DNA from: Mobula hypostoma
Taxonomy: Eukaryota
Direction of reading: 5' to 3'
DNA: 64,000 nt
Assembly: GCF_963921235.1 (NCBI RefSeq)
Contig: NC_086108.1
Span: forward strand, 62,498,001 to 62,562,000
Part shown: in pieces, positions 34,515-47,875 of the stretch
Layout of the letters: each line of letters starts with the position of its first letter
Position numbering within the stretch: the first letter of the stretch is position 1
The notes under the pieces: generated by a model
Told to the model about the DNA's origin: nothing
Databases searched by the model: none
The model's input: the letters and a program-made list of their open reading frames with translations, nothing else
Made by a program: the position numbers and the translations under genes

Positions 34515-34930
34515 CAAACAAAGAGAAAATCTGCAGACGCTGGAAATCTGAGCAACATACACAAAATGCTGGAGGAACTCAGCAGGCCAGGCAGCATCTA
34601 TAGAAAATAATACAGTTAGCATTTCGGGTCGAAACTCATTTGGCAGGAAATCATGAAAATCTCTTACTTTCTCTCACCAGATTGCTTGTCCACCAATTGC
34701 CTCCCTCTGGTGCTCCTTCCCCCCTCTCTCTTTCTTCCATGGACTTCTGTTTCTTTCACTAATCAACTCCCCAGCTCGTCACTTCACCCCTCCGCACCCC
34801 CCAACTTTTAAATCTACTCCTCAGCTTTTTTTCTCCAGTCCTGCCGAAAGGTTTCGGCTCATAACGTCAACTGTACTCTTTTCCATAGATGCTGCGTGGC
34901 CTGTTGAGTTCCTCCAGCATTTTGTGTGTC
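34515..34930. mobile_element. Older Penelope-like inverted-repeat insertion
   Basis: aaatgctggaggaactcagcaggccaggcagcatctat at ~34565 and its reverse complement at ~34885-34925. Degenerate hammerhead at ~34836-34872. Confidence 0.75.
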
Positions 34931-35739
34931 GCCCAACGTATTGATGCAGCTATAAAGGCAGCAAGACAGTGGCTATATTTCATTATGAGTTTGAAGAGAG
35001 CTGGTTTGTCAACTAAAACACTGAAAAAAATCTCCATAGATGTACCATGGAGAGCATTCTGATAGGCTGCATCACTGTCTGTTGGGGGGGGGGGGGGGGA
35101 AGCTACTGCACAGGACCGAAAGAGCTACAGAAAGTTGTAAAATTAGTCAGCTCCATCTTGGTAATGAGCCTCCATAGTACCCAAGACATCTTCAAAGATC
35201 GGTGCCTCAGAAAGGTGCCACACCATTATTAAGGGCCCCCATCATCCAGGGCATGCCCTCCTCTCATTGTTACTGTTAGGCAGGAGGTACAGAAGCCTGA
35301 AGGCATACACTCAGTGATCCAGGAACAGCTTCTTCCCCTCTGCTATCCGATTCCTAAATGTGCGTTGTAGCCATGAACACTACCTCACTTTTTAAAAATG
35401 TATATTATTTCTGTTTTTGCACTATTTTTAATCTATTCAATATACATACTATAATTTATTTATTTATTTATTCTCTTTCTATATTATCATGTATTGCATT
35501 GAACTGCTGCTGTTAAGTTAACACACTTCACGACACATGCCAGTGATAATAAACCTGAGTCTCATAGTTTTAGAAGGTATGTTGCCATTTTTGACAAAAT
35601 GAACTAAGTAAATACATTTGGGATCACCCCAACTTGAGCAGAGCTAAAATATAGTATGGTAATTATTTGCATGGACCTTCAACTTGTCTCGCGATAAATT
35701 TTCAGGTTCAGGTTGATGAGTATTTGCTGAAGAGTTTAA

Positions 35740-37960
35740 TTGCCTGTTTAAATATCTTTTAAATGTAGTGATTGTATCTGCTCCCTCTCATGAGTTCTTG
35801 ATGTCAACCAGTCTCTATGTTGGGGGAAAAAAAGCTCTCCACTCAAATCCCCCTTCAGATTTCTTCCGTTCACCTTAAATCTATGCACTCCTGATTTTGA
35901 TATTCCCATTAAATATTTGACTATTTAATGTATCTATGGAACTTTGTTTTAGCTCTAATAGGCAACTTTCCAGCCCCTTTCCCTCAAGGGAAAAGAAGCC
36001 CAGCCTATAGTGCTACAATCCAGTTAACGTTCTGGTGGATCTCCTCTGCACTCTCTTCAACATAACCACATTTGGGACAACCAGAATTGCACTCAGCTAC
36101 CACCAGACTCCAAAACAATTACTTTCCCCAAGCAGTAAGGGTGATCAATCCCTCGACACACTAATCCAGCCCATTGTGATCGACCCACAAACACCATTTC
36201 AACATTTCCTATCAGAGTCACTCTTATGTCTATTGTCATTTTCTTGGCGTATAATCAATCTATGTATATAAACTACCTGTGTATTTATTGTGTCTTTCGC
36301 TTATTGGTTCTTTATCTTTAGTGTTTTTTATGCTGCATTGGATCTGGAGTAACAATTATTTTGTTTTCTTTTACACTTGTATGCTGGGAATGACATTAAA
36401 CAGTCTTGATCTTTATCTTGACACAATATTCCAAGTGCAGTCTAACCATTGCTTTGTAAAATTGCAACATAATGTCACAGGTTTATGAAGGCATGCATGC
36501 CATCTGCTTCTTCACTGCTCTATTTGCTTGTGTTGCCACTTTCAATGAACATGAACTTGATCACCAAGGTCCATCCATTCATCAACATTCCTTTGAACCC
36601 TACACTTGTCGTACCCCTATTTCCCATCCCAAAATGCATCAGCTCACACTCCCTAGGAATAAATTTCATCTGGCAATGTTCCACTGAACAATCTGTCTAA
36701 TCTACACTCAGTGGCCAGTTTATTAGGTATACCTGAACACCTGCCCATTAATGCAAATATCTACCAGCCAATCATGTGGCAGCAACTTTATGCAGAAAAG
36801 CATGTAGACATGGTCAAAAGGTTCATTTGTTGTTCAGACCAAACATCAGAATGGGGAAGAAATGTGATTTAAGTGACTTTGAAAAGTGCACTGATTGCAG
36901 GTGCCAGATGAGGTGGTTTGAGTATCTCAGACACTGCTGATCTCCTGGGATTTTTGCACACAACATTATCTAGAGTTTACAGAGAATGCTGTGAAAAGCA
37001 AAAAAAAAAATCCATTGAGTGACAGTTTTGTGGGTGAAACACCGTTACTAATAAGAGAGAGGTCAAAGGAGAATGGCCAGACTGATTCAAACTGAGAGGA
37101 AGGTGATAGTAACTAAAATAATCATGCGTTACAATAGTGGTGTGTAGAAGAGCATCTCTGAATGCACAACATATTGAACCTTGAAGTGGATGTACGACAG
37201 CAGCAGAAGACCACTCAGTTGTCACTTTATTATATACATTAGGTATCCTCACTGTCCACAATACCAACTTCTGTGCCATATACAAGATACTTTTCTCTTA
37301 CATTCATTAACAATGGTCGTAGCACTAATCCGTGTGGTACACCTCTAATTCCTGATCTCGAACTAGAAAAGCACTTACCATCAAGCCAGTTTTGGATGTA
37401 GTTAACCAGCCCACCTTTGATCCCATATGCCTTATCCTCTGGTCCAACCTACCATGCAGGACCTTGTCAAATGCCCTACTAATGAGCATATAGACAATAT
37501 CAACCAACCTGCATTCTTCACCTCCTCAAAAGTACTCAGCCAAATTAGTGAGATAGGATTTCACTTGCATAAAGCCATGCGGAAAATCCTTGATCAGCCC
37601 CTGCTTTACCAATAATGATCGTATCAATGATGTAGGGCTCACCAGCCAGTAGTTACTTGGCTTATCCTCACTGTCATTCTTAAATAAAGGAACACCCTCA
37701 CCTGTGGCTAACAAAGATGCAACCATCTCCCTTGGGGCACCAGCTGTCTCCTCCCTATGTCCCATTGTAGCCTGAGATTCATCTCATCTGGCTTTAGAAA
37801 TCTATCGGCCCTTGTACATTCAATAACATCTAACACATCCTCCCTCTTCTGACTGACCTGCTCTAGATTATCTGCAAACCCCTTCCTGAGCTCACTATCT
37901 TCAGTGTCCTTCTCCTTGGCAAACACAGAGGAGAAGTATTCATTTTGTCCTTGCCCACTC
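35740..37960 (-). mobile_element. Old CR1 fragments interrupted by a Rex1-like 3' end (~36095-36420) and a Tc1 derivative
   Basis: NEYFSSVFAKE, KPSNYWLVSPTS, KSYLTNLAEYF and RAFDKVLHGRL in minus-strand ORFs 37325-37962. Confidence 0.75.
36705..37245 (+). mobile_element. Tc1-derived non-autonomous element holding only the DNA-binding-domain region
   Basis: TA-CACTCAGTGGCCAGTTTATTAGG start. From 36851, MGKKCDLSDF...(fs)...GGLSISDTADLLGF...SRVYRE...RRMARL (paired-like domain). No catalytic domain. Confidence 0.8.
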
Positions 37961-38974
37961 ACCTGATGCCACAGATAGGTTGGACTTTTGCTCAGAGTTA
38001 GTTGTTTCCTTGATTATCTCAGTATTCAGGATGTTTGATGAAGTGACAATCAACCAATCTGCTTGGTGCTGAAGGTGTTCGCCCCTTGAATTCTGGAATT
38101 GTGCTTATCCGGGCAAATGGAGAGTATCCCAGATACTCTTAGTCTGTGCTTTGTGCATGGTAGGAGTGCTTCATTGAGTCACCCACCACACGATAGACAA
38201 TCTCTCAACTACTGCCATAACAGTTTCTGGTAAATTGTGACTTCCCTCACCTCCTCCGCAGAACGTTGGTGATGGGAGATGCAGAGATGCCAATATAACA
38301 GATGTTATTGGGAAATACTCTTGGAAGCTGCCACTGCCTTGTGTTACAAATGATAGCCAGCAATTTACAACCATCAGTCAATATTACCCACTTCTAAACT
38401 AATATGAAAGGAAGGTCACCGGTGAAACAATTGGAGACACCAATCCAACTCCACTTTGGCAAATATCTTGGGATGAGATTCATTGGAAAAGTATTTAGTT
38501 TTAATTCCAAATAGGTTTGTTCACTAACCTTCTGAAGGAGTAGAAACAGCTGCAGCACATGCTACATCCTCCAGCACTGATTCCAACTATTGGTGTGAAC
38601 AAATCTGCCGACAGTACTCCACTGTACTTGAATTAATGTCTTGTTACTACCATCTTGCTTTTCCATTCAATTCTATCAGTGTTTTTTTTGGATTTTAGTA
38701 CAGCTATTCTTCAAAGAGTACTCTCAAATCTCTGTTTCTCCCATCAACTATAAATTTAGAATATTAGAAATTTTCAGTGCAGAAATTAATTCTTTCATCT
38801 ATCTTGTCCATGCCAGTTGTAATGCCTATCCTTGTTAATAATCCCACTTACCTGTCTTAGGCCCATACCCCTCCCTCTACACCTTTCCTATCAATGCACC
38901 TATACAAATTGTAGCTGTTTATAAAACCTGAAAGATGGTCCTCACTCACATCATCCATAGATTACTCTTTTGAC

Positions 38975-39175
38975 AGGGCAATTTACAATGAACAACTGAC
39001 CAACTAACCCGTACATCTTTGGATTGTGGGATGAAACCGGAGCACCTGGAAGGAACCCATGTGATCATGGTGAGAATCCACAAGCTCCTTGCAGACAGCA
39101 CCGGAATTGAAATCCAAACTCCGATGCCCCGAGCTGCAATAACATCATGCTAGATACTGCACTACTGTGGCACCC
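38975..39175 (-). mobile_element. V-SINE-like element
   Basis: Reverse complement of ...gtctgcaaggagcttgtggattctc...gggttccttccaggtgctccggtttcatcccacaatccaaaga. Confidence 0.75.
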
Positions 39176-39209
39176 TTGAATACACTTCCTTAGATTAATT
39201 TTTCTGCTG

Positions 39210-39598
39210 AGGTTCACAGAAAAACAATGAAGTACAATAGGATCAATGATGAACTATACACAAAGATCGACAAGCTACCAATGTGCAAAAGAAGAGAAAC
39301 TGTGCAAATATAAGTAAGTAATACTGAGAACGTGAGCTGTAGAGACCTTGAGCGTGAGTCCATTGGTTGAGGATTAATGTGAATGAAGTTATCCATGTTG
39401 GTTCAGGAATCTGATGGCTGTCAGATAATAACTATTCCTGAACCTGGTGGTGTGGGACCTAAGGCTCATGTGCCTCCTTCCCAATGGCAGCAGTGAGAAG
39501 AAAGCATGGCCTTGATGGTGGGTGTCGTTGAAGATGCTGCTTTCTTGTGGCAGAGATACTTGTCGATGTGCCCAAAGGTGAGGAGGGCTTTGCCTGTA
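39210..39598 (-). mobile_element. Rex1/Babar-like 3' fragment
   Basis: cctgaacctggtggtgtgggacctaaggctc...gcagcagtgagaaga, matching similar fragments at 9250-9330 (plus) and 54310-54380. Confidence 0.75.
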
Positions 39599-39599
39599 A

Positions 39600-40445
39600 T
39601 AAAAGTTTCAATTGGTAGATTTAATGTCAGAAATGTATACAATATACATCCTGAAATTCTTTTTCTTTACAAACATCCATGAAAACAGAGGTGTGCCCCG
39701 AAGAGTGAATGTCGGTTCAATGTTAGAACCCTAAAGCCCTTCCCCAGCTCCCCACTCCCACACTTAAGCAGCAGCAAAGCAACGACCCTCCTCATCAGCA
39801 AAAAAGCAATGACCCTCCCCTCCCCCACCAGCAAAAAAAGCAACGGCAACCCCCACCAAGCACTGAAGCGTGCAGCAAAGCATCAATGAAGACATAGACC
39901 TGCAGTATCCCAAAGACTACTGGTTTATCTGGTATTCAACATAACATAGGCTCTCTCTCTCCCTAATAAGGGAAAAACAGCTGTCCCTGTTTCACAGCGA
40001 GAGGGGAGACAGACATAACAAAACAACTCACTGATTTATGGTGTTAAAAGTCTGTTGCATCGCTTCTTCCAGGCTCTGTGCCCAAAGAACTTGGGTCTCC
40101 GGGCACACAGCCAGCAGCCAGCTTGCTGCTTTTGATCTTCCGTCTCCCACGACACACCAGATTTCTGCGGCGGCACTGACCTCGAGTCTGCCCAACTCCA
40201 GAACCCCAGAACCCCGAAGGTGCGCTAGTCTTCTAGGCTACCTCCTTGGCATATCGAATAGTGGCCAGTCGTGAGACCCCAAGGGTGGGTCTCATTTCCG
40301 CAAAGAGCCAACATCAATGTGTAGCTCCAGGCCAGAGTCTTCAAAAGAACCCTGAAAGGGGAAAATAGAGATATCAAAGATAGATATAGAACTGCTTCTG
40401 AAGATGCAAACAAAGGAGTTGCCATTAGGTGCCATCGTCCTTCTA
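39600..40445 (-). mobile_element. Non-autonomous LINE-derived element without RT
   Basis: Minus strand starts gaaggacgatggcacc and ends ggatgtatattgtatacatttctgacattaaatctacc. Its 3' half matches 58860-59225 (plus). Confidence 0.6.
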
Positions 40446-41679
40446 AGCTTTGCCCTAGTGTAACAGCTGCAGGGAACATGCAGTGCAGCTAAACAATAAG
40501 ATAAATCGTAATGAGGTAGATTGTGAGGTCAAGAATCAATCTCATCATACTAGAGAATCATTCAATAATCTTATAAGAGTGTGTAAAACTCATCTCAATT
40601 TATCCAAAAGTCTTTTGCCTGTGTCCTATTATGCATAAATCAAGCTTGACTGTTGACCCTATCCTTTTGGTCTAATTCAGATCTTTGACTCTACAGTAAC
40701 AATTTAAAATTCTCTTTCTTTTGTTTAAATGCTTCACCACTCTATTTCTCCGTATCTTCAGTCTCAATTTGAATAATTCCATAATTGTAATGGTGCTTTT
40801 TCATGGTCTCTTCACATAACCCTGTGTTCTTGAACACTCTCAACAATATATAACTCAGTACCAAAGTAATTACAGAGACACTTATGCTAAAATTATTATT
40901 TCTAACTGTGAAAAGGTAAACTAAAAGGTAAATTCATAGCTCATTCATTCTACCATATATTCAACTGAAATCATAACAAATTGATGTTATTGTTAATTTT
41001 GTTTGACATTTGGAAAGTCTGTGACAACTTTTGATCCTATTAATTATTATTTTCATTCTCTATTAATTAGTGTTTAGTCTTCAATACTTCCAAACTATTT
41101 TAGTTGCCTGCTCTGCTGGCTTTGGAAGAGGTATAATCATAATGGAGTATAATATATGGAAGAGTCCATTACTCCAATAACTGGATACATTAAGAGTATA
41201 AAAATAATATTGTTTTGGCAAATAAGTGGAGCAGATACATCCAGGCCAATTAAAAGAACTGTCAGTTTTTGCTAAGTACTTTTTTTTGTGTTACGTTCAT
41301 TGCCAGTATAGGGGTGGGTGTTGGGAGGTGAAGATAGGCTGAGATCTGTAATATAACATAGCTTTGAGGTTGCATCCCATAAATCCAGACCTGTTTTGCT
41401 AAGTCTCTAGTTACATGGCAACAATTTTAAAACCGGTCCTAAGCATTAAAATTAGCTTGAACTCTCAAATATAACACCACTCCATATCTTGCATCCGGTT
41501 GGTTTTTGACTTGTTCCAGAAAAGGCTCGATAGTCTTGGGTCCTCTGGGTATAGGGTGTGGTGTTGAACAAATTCACCAAGAAACAGGATCTTCTGCAGA
41601 CAATGTTTATTCCAAAGACTTCCCCAGACTTACTCCAGAACAGTCTACAAACAATGATGCAAGAACACTGTATCATTGA

Positions 41680-42730
41680 GTCATGGAGTCATAGAGTTTG
41701 GAAACATGCCGTTTAGCTCAACTCATCCATGCTAACCAAGGTGCTTAACTGAACAGCCCTACTTGCCTGCATTTGACCCATATCCCCCTAAACTAGTTCT
41801 ATCTATGTAACCATCCAAATGCCATTTTAACATTGTAGTTGTACTCGTGCCCACCATTTCCCCGGCAGCTTATTCAACATACTCACTACCTACCCTCTGT
41901 GTATGGAAAAAAAGGTTGCCCTCGGGTCCCTTTTAAATCATTCTTCTCTCACTTTAAACCTATGCCCTCTAGTTTTCGAATCCCCAACCCTAAGGAAATT
42001 ACTAAGACCATCATGATTTTATAAGACACTATACGGTCACCCTACAGCCTCCTGTACTCCAGGAAAAGAAGTCTTGGCTATCCAGCCTTTCCCTATAACT
42101 CAAGCTCTCCAGTCCCAATTTGTTCTTTGTCAATCTTACTTGTACCCTCTCTAGTTTAATAAATTCCTCCATACAGTGAGGCAACCAGAGCTGCATGCGG
42201 TAATCCAAGTAGGATCTGGGGTGTTATGTTGCAGTTGTACAGGATGTCGGTGAAGCCACATTTGGAGGTGCATGTTCAGTTTTGCTCACTCTATTATAGG
42301 AAAGAATGATCAAAGAAAGAGTACAGAAAGGTATTGTCAGGACTTGATGAACAGAGTTACAGGAACGTTTGGGTGGAGCTGGAACTTTATTCCTGGAGCG
42401 CAAGAAACCGAGCAGTTTATAAAATCTTGAGGAACATAGTGTAAATGCACTCAGTCTTTTTGTCAGGATCGGTGAATCAAGCAGAATCAAGCACCAGAGT
42501 GAGAGGGGCAAGATTTAATAAGAACCCGAGGGACAGTTTTCCACAGAGATGGTGATATGTATATAGAACTAGCTGTCATTGGAAGTTTATGAGGAGGATA
42601 CAATAATAGCATTTAAAAGGCACACAAGCATCTACATGGAAGGATTCAGAGGGACTTTGGCTTCGATGAGCATCTTGGTTGGCATGAACAAGTTGGGCCA
42701 AAGAGCCAATTTCCATTTTGTATAACTCCA
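41680..42730. mobile_element. Two old CR1 3' fragments in divergent orientation (minus 41680-42200, plus 42215-42730)
   Basis: Both carry decayed C-terminal CR1 signatures (ccacatttggag...gttcagtttt; gggccaaagagcc 3' end). Confidence 0.7.
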
Positions 42731-44512
42731 GGATTTAATGTGTGGCCTTATCAATTTCTTGTACATCTATAATGTGATGACCCAAAATGCTGTAACCGAT
42801 AATGTGCTTCATAAATTCATGGTCTTAAAGAAATAATTACCCTTTACAACCAATAATGCATAGTTTGTAGGCTTTAAGACAAGAATTGTAGTTTCATGTT
42901 ATTATTGATTTGCATATTTTTTATAATCAGCCGTTGACATTTTGTCATCTCAAGTTCTGTATTATTATTACTATCTCAAAAACAAATTTGTAAGTAAATA
43001 TTTTTTCATAAAAATACCATGTTTATGAGTTTCTGCTCAGATAGATCTACCTTGATAGGTGAGTATTTGCTTCAATGATTTTTATCCCTTCAGGAATGAG
43101 ATCTTTATTCAAATGCAGTACTAATAATTAGGAGTTGCTGCTTGGGTATGAGCCTTGTAAGTCAGCTGAAAGAACAAATTAAAAGTTTGTGCTCATTAGA
43201 AAAATAGCAGATACCTCTTCAAATGAATGTGAGTCAACTTTCCATTCCTGAATCCTTTGTACTCACTGGATGTTGGCAAGTTTAAAAAAAATTCATACTT
43301 CTCCTGCCATTTTAGTACAAACTGCTGATCATTGGATATTACTTTATACTTGGAAGAATATGGAACATCTCATAAATGGTGTAAGATATTGTCATTAAAA
43401 CTATTGAAGTGGGTTTGGAGCTTCCCCTCAGAGTGACTGCTGTGTAGATTAGTTCTGCTTCAATAACCTTGTGTGTGGGCGTTTGTGTGGTTTGTGAAAA
43501 CAACTCCAGAAAGAGTTAGAAAGAAGGTGGTAGTAAATGTCAATAAAATACGCACAAGCCATGTGCATGGCCCACTGGCAATATGTCACCTCACTTACTG
43601 AAAGGCCAGAACAAAATCCGTGTGGGTTTTCAGTGTTGGGTAGCTCACTGGGGATCCCAGCATGCATGACATCACATTAGCACGCACGTCCTCAGGAAGC
43701 TGAGGTTGACCTCATAGGTCAACACTAAGATTGGATTCTACATTCAAGAATGTGAAGCAGGCATTTAGTAAAATGTTTCATAACTTCTAAGTTCAATTAC
43801 TGTCTCTATGTCTTGAGAGCATATTTATTGTAGTCATCAGAAAGAAAAATAAGCACACAAATCTTCCTAACGTTAGGTAGATTTTCTTTCCTGTTCTGCT
43901 AATTTCTGAAAAAGATGATTGTGGAATTACCTGCAGTCAGCATTGACGGTTGTAATTTCTGTGACTAAGGCAAAACTTAGGTGTTTCCAGCTTTGTTCTT
44001 CTGAAGAAGAAGGAGTCATGCTGACTTACACCTTCACATCTTCCAGCAGAATCTCCAATACTTTGCTCAGGCTGTTGCCTATTTAAATTGATCATCTGGA
44101 TGGTTGCAGTTCTCCAAAGAATGGGCTGTGAAAATCTATATATTGATATAGAGCTCAGAGAGATTTTGTGTCCTTGGCAAAAAAGACACCCATTCAACCC
44201 TCTGATAAGCCACTTGGCAGTGTTTTGTAGATACTCGCGAAGGTCGCTACTCACGCAGATTTCCTGTCCATCTTCCAAAACACAGTGAACTTCTATATTT
44301 AATGGCTTCTGATTATGATTCCCATTTTGATCATAGCATGGGGAATACTCCAAATGTACAAAAATTCAAGAATCAGAAATTCAAAGCACATTTATTATCA
44401 AAGAATGTGTAAATTATACAGCTTGAAATTTGTCTGTTTATAGGCAGCCACAAAGCAAGAAACTCAAATAACCCAATTTAAAAAAAAATACCAAAACCTC
44501 TGCACAGAGGGA

Positions 44513-44513
<1 letters not shown>

Positions 44514-44554
<41 letters not shown>
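44514..44554. repeat. (AC)20 microsatellite inside a LINE 3'UTR remnant
   Basis: Seen directly. Confidence 0.98.
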
Positions 44555-44556
<2 letters not shown>

Positions 44557-44689
44557 GCAAACAATAGAAGCAAGCCACCAACATCCTGAACCAGATGCAC
44601 TCCTGGAACAGCCTACTGTTTAGTTCTGCAACTATATTAAACTCAATATGTTGCCCAATTTTTAAAATCTCTTTGAAGATCTTGCCTAT

Positions 44690-44990
44690 GGGCAGCACAT
44701 GGCATGATTAGCTAAAGTGCTGCCCCTCAACTCTGCTGAACAAGGTTCAATCTGTCCTTAGGTGCTGTGCAGAATTTGAATGCTTTCCCTGTAACTGTGT
44801 GGTTTGCACTGGTGCTCCAGTTTCTTCTCACATCACAAAGACACATAGGTATGGCTGATCAATAGACCATTGCCAATTTCTCTTGGTGCCTCCAGAACCT
44901 GTAGAGAGTTGATGGCAATGAGTGACGTATTGGTTACAGGGAAGATTAGTGACAAGAGATAGCTCTGTTAGCTGACACAGAGTCACTGGA
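44690..44990 (+). mobile_element. Old V-SINE-like element
   Basis: ggttcaatc B-box, then gctttccctgtaactgtgtggttt...ggtgctccagtttcttctcacatcacaaagac. Confidence 0.65.
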
Positions 44991-46764
44991 TTGAAATGTC
45001 TTTTTTTTTCTACATCATGCATAACTACAGAAATACAAATTGTTTGTTCTTTGTTCAGTGGCTGCCAGTTCGTCTTCTATCTCCAAAATGTTTACATTAC
45101 TTCCTTTATATTCCCAACTCCAGAGGCAAAACCTCACCTGCCACTAAGATCAGAAATAGCTATCATCAGCAGGTCAGAGAGAAACTGTAGAAGAAATATT
45201 GGGTTAATTTTACATTACCATCCTTCAATTAATTTTTATCCCTGAGCATCATCTGTTTTATGTTCTTGGGGAAGGGATGTCTGAAATTCTTTGGGGAATT
45301 GACTGGTGTTCAGACTCTATCACCTTGGTACCTGTTCACCTACATTCACCCTTCTGGATATGGAGGGCAAGAGGAGGAACAGCTACAAGAGGTGACCAGG
45401 CTTCAGAAAACACGAAATGAAGATCTGTCCTCTTAGAAAGACAAATAGAAATCATTGAGAAGGATAAACATACTGTATGTTTACACGTTTGTAGGTAACC
45501 CATGTTTAGATTACTAGCAAATAATTTTAAAAAAAGCTCAAATGTTTATATGTAAACATTGAAATATAGAAACGGAGAAAACCTACAGCACAATGCAGGC
45601 CCTTCTGCCCACAATGCTGTGCCAAACATGTACTTAGAAATTACCTATGGCTACCCATAGCCCTCTATTTTTCTAAGCTCCATGTACCTATCCTGGAGTC
45701 TATTAAAAAAACCCTATTGTATCCGCCTCCACCACCATCGCCAGCAGCCCATTCCACATACTCACCACTCTCTGCATAAAAAAACTTACCCCTGACATCT
45801 CCTCTGTACCTACTTCCAAGCACCTGAAAAGTATGCCCTATCGTGCTACCCATTTCAGCCCTGGGAGAAAGCCTCTGACTATCCACACAATCAATGCCTG
45901 TCATTATCTTATACACCTCTATCAGATCACCTCTCATCCTCTATCGCTCTAAGGAGAAAAGGCGGAGTTCACTCAACCTATTTTCATAAGGCTTACTCTC
46001 CATTCCAGGCAACATCCTTGTAAATCTCCTGTGCATGCTTTCTATGGTTTCCACATCCTTCCTGTAGTGAGGAGACCAGAACTGAGCACAGTACTCCAAG
46101 GGGGTCTGACCAGGGTCTTATATAGCTGTAACGTTGTCTCTTGGCTCCTAAGTTCAATTCCACGATTGATGAAGGCCAGTGCACCATATGCCTTCTTAAC
46201 CATAGAGTCAATCTGCGCAGCAGCTTTGAGTATCTTATGGACTCAGACCCCAAGATCCCTCTGATCCTCCACATTGCCAAAAGTCTTACGATTAACCAAC
46301 TCACACTTATCTAGGTTGATCTCCATCTGCCACTTCTCAGCTCAGTTTTACATCCTATCGATGTCCCGCTGTAACCTCTGACAGCCCTCCACACTATCCA
46401 CAACACCTCCAACCTTTGTGTCATCAGCAATTTTACTAACACATCCCTCCACTTCATCATCTAGGTCATTTATAAAAATCACGAAGAGAAGGGGTCCCAG
46501 AACAGATCCCTGAGGCACACCACTGGTCACCAACCTCCATGCAGAAGATGACCCGTCTGCAACCACTCCTTTGCCTTCTGTGGTCAAGCCAGTTCTGGAT
46601 CCACAAAGCAATGTCCCCTTGGATCCCATGCCTCCTTACTTTCTCAATAAGCCTTGCATGGGGTACCTTATCAAATGCCTTGCTGAATTCTATTTATACT
46701 ACATTTACTGGTCTACCTTCATCAATGTGTTTAGTCACACACTCAAAAAATTCAATCAGGCTCG

Positions 46765-47875
46765 GTAGGCTTATTCAGAAAATTAGAAGGCATGGGATCC
46801 AGGGAAGTTTGGCCAGGTGGATTCAGAATTGGCTTGCCTGCAGAAGGCAGAGGGTGGTGGTGGAGGGAGTACATTCAGATTGGAGGATTGTGACTAGTGG
46901 TGTCCCACAAGGATCTGTTCTGTGACCTCTACTTTTCGTGATTTTTATTAACGACCTGGATGTAGGGGTAGAAGGGTGGTTTGGCAAGTTTGCAGACGAC
47001 ACAAAGGTTGGTGGTGTTGTAGATAGTGTAGAGGATTGTCAAAGATTGCAGAGAGACATTGATAGGATGCAGAAGTGGGCTGAGAAGTGGCAGATGGAGT
47101 TCAACCCAGAGAAGTGTGAGGTGGTACACTTTGGAAGGACAAACTCCAAGGCAGAGTACAAAGTAAATGGCAGGATACTTGGTAGTGTGGAGGAGCAGAG
47201 GGATCTCGGGGTACATGTCCACAGATCCCTGAAAGTTGCCTCACAGGTGGATAGGGTAGTTAAGAAAGCTTATGGGGTGTTAGCTTTCATAAGGATAGAG
47301 TTTAAGAGTCGCGATGTAGTGATGCAGCTCTACAAAACTCTGGTTAGGCCACACTTGGAGTACTGTGTCCAGTTCTGGTCGCCTCCCTATAGGAAGGATG
47401 TGGAAGCATTGGAAAGGGTACAGAGGAGATTTACCAGGATGCTGCCTGTTTTAGAGAGTATGCATTATGATCAGAGATTAAGGGAGCTAGGGCTTTACTC
47501 TTTGGAGAGAAGGAGGATGAGAGGAGACATGATAGAGGTGTACAAGATAATAATTGGAATAGGTAAGAGTGGATAGCCAGCACCTCTTCCCCAGGACACC
47601 ACTGCTCAATACTAGAGGACATGGCTTTAAGGTAAGGGGTGGGAAGTTCAAGGGGGATATTAGAGGAAGGTTTTTTACTCAGAGAGTGGTTGGTGCGTGG
47701 AATGCATTGCCTGAGTCAGTGGTGGAGGCAGATACACTAGTGAAGTTTAAGAGACTACTAGACAGGTATATGGAGGAATCTAAGGTGGGGGCTTATATGA
47801 GAGGCAGGGTTTGAGGGTTGGCACAACATTGTGGGCCGAAGGGCCTGTACTGTGCTGTACTATTCTATGTTCTAT
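46765..47875 (+). mobile_element. 5'-truncated CR1
   Basis: ORFs 46938..47576 and 47569..47814 (KFADDTK, RPHLEYCVQFWSP, FFTQRVV). (TTCTATG)2 tail. Confidence 0.95.

Larger units (their letters stand above)
33565..35523 (+). mobile_element. Rex1/Babar-like LINE 3' part, interrupted at 33856-34930
   Basis: IYKFADPTIV...WCHSNNLAFNISKTEKLIVNF...EDLTWSQH resumes after 34931. Tail gataataaacctga. Confidence 0.85.

Noticed and set aside
41452..41680. Possible coding exon on either strand
   Set aside because: Open frames of 50-75 codons with no recognisable homology and no consistent splice pair.
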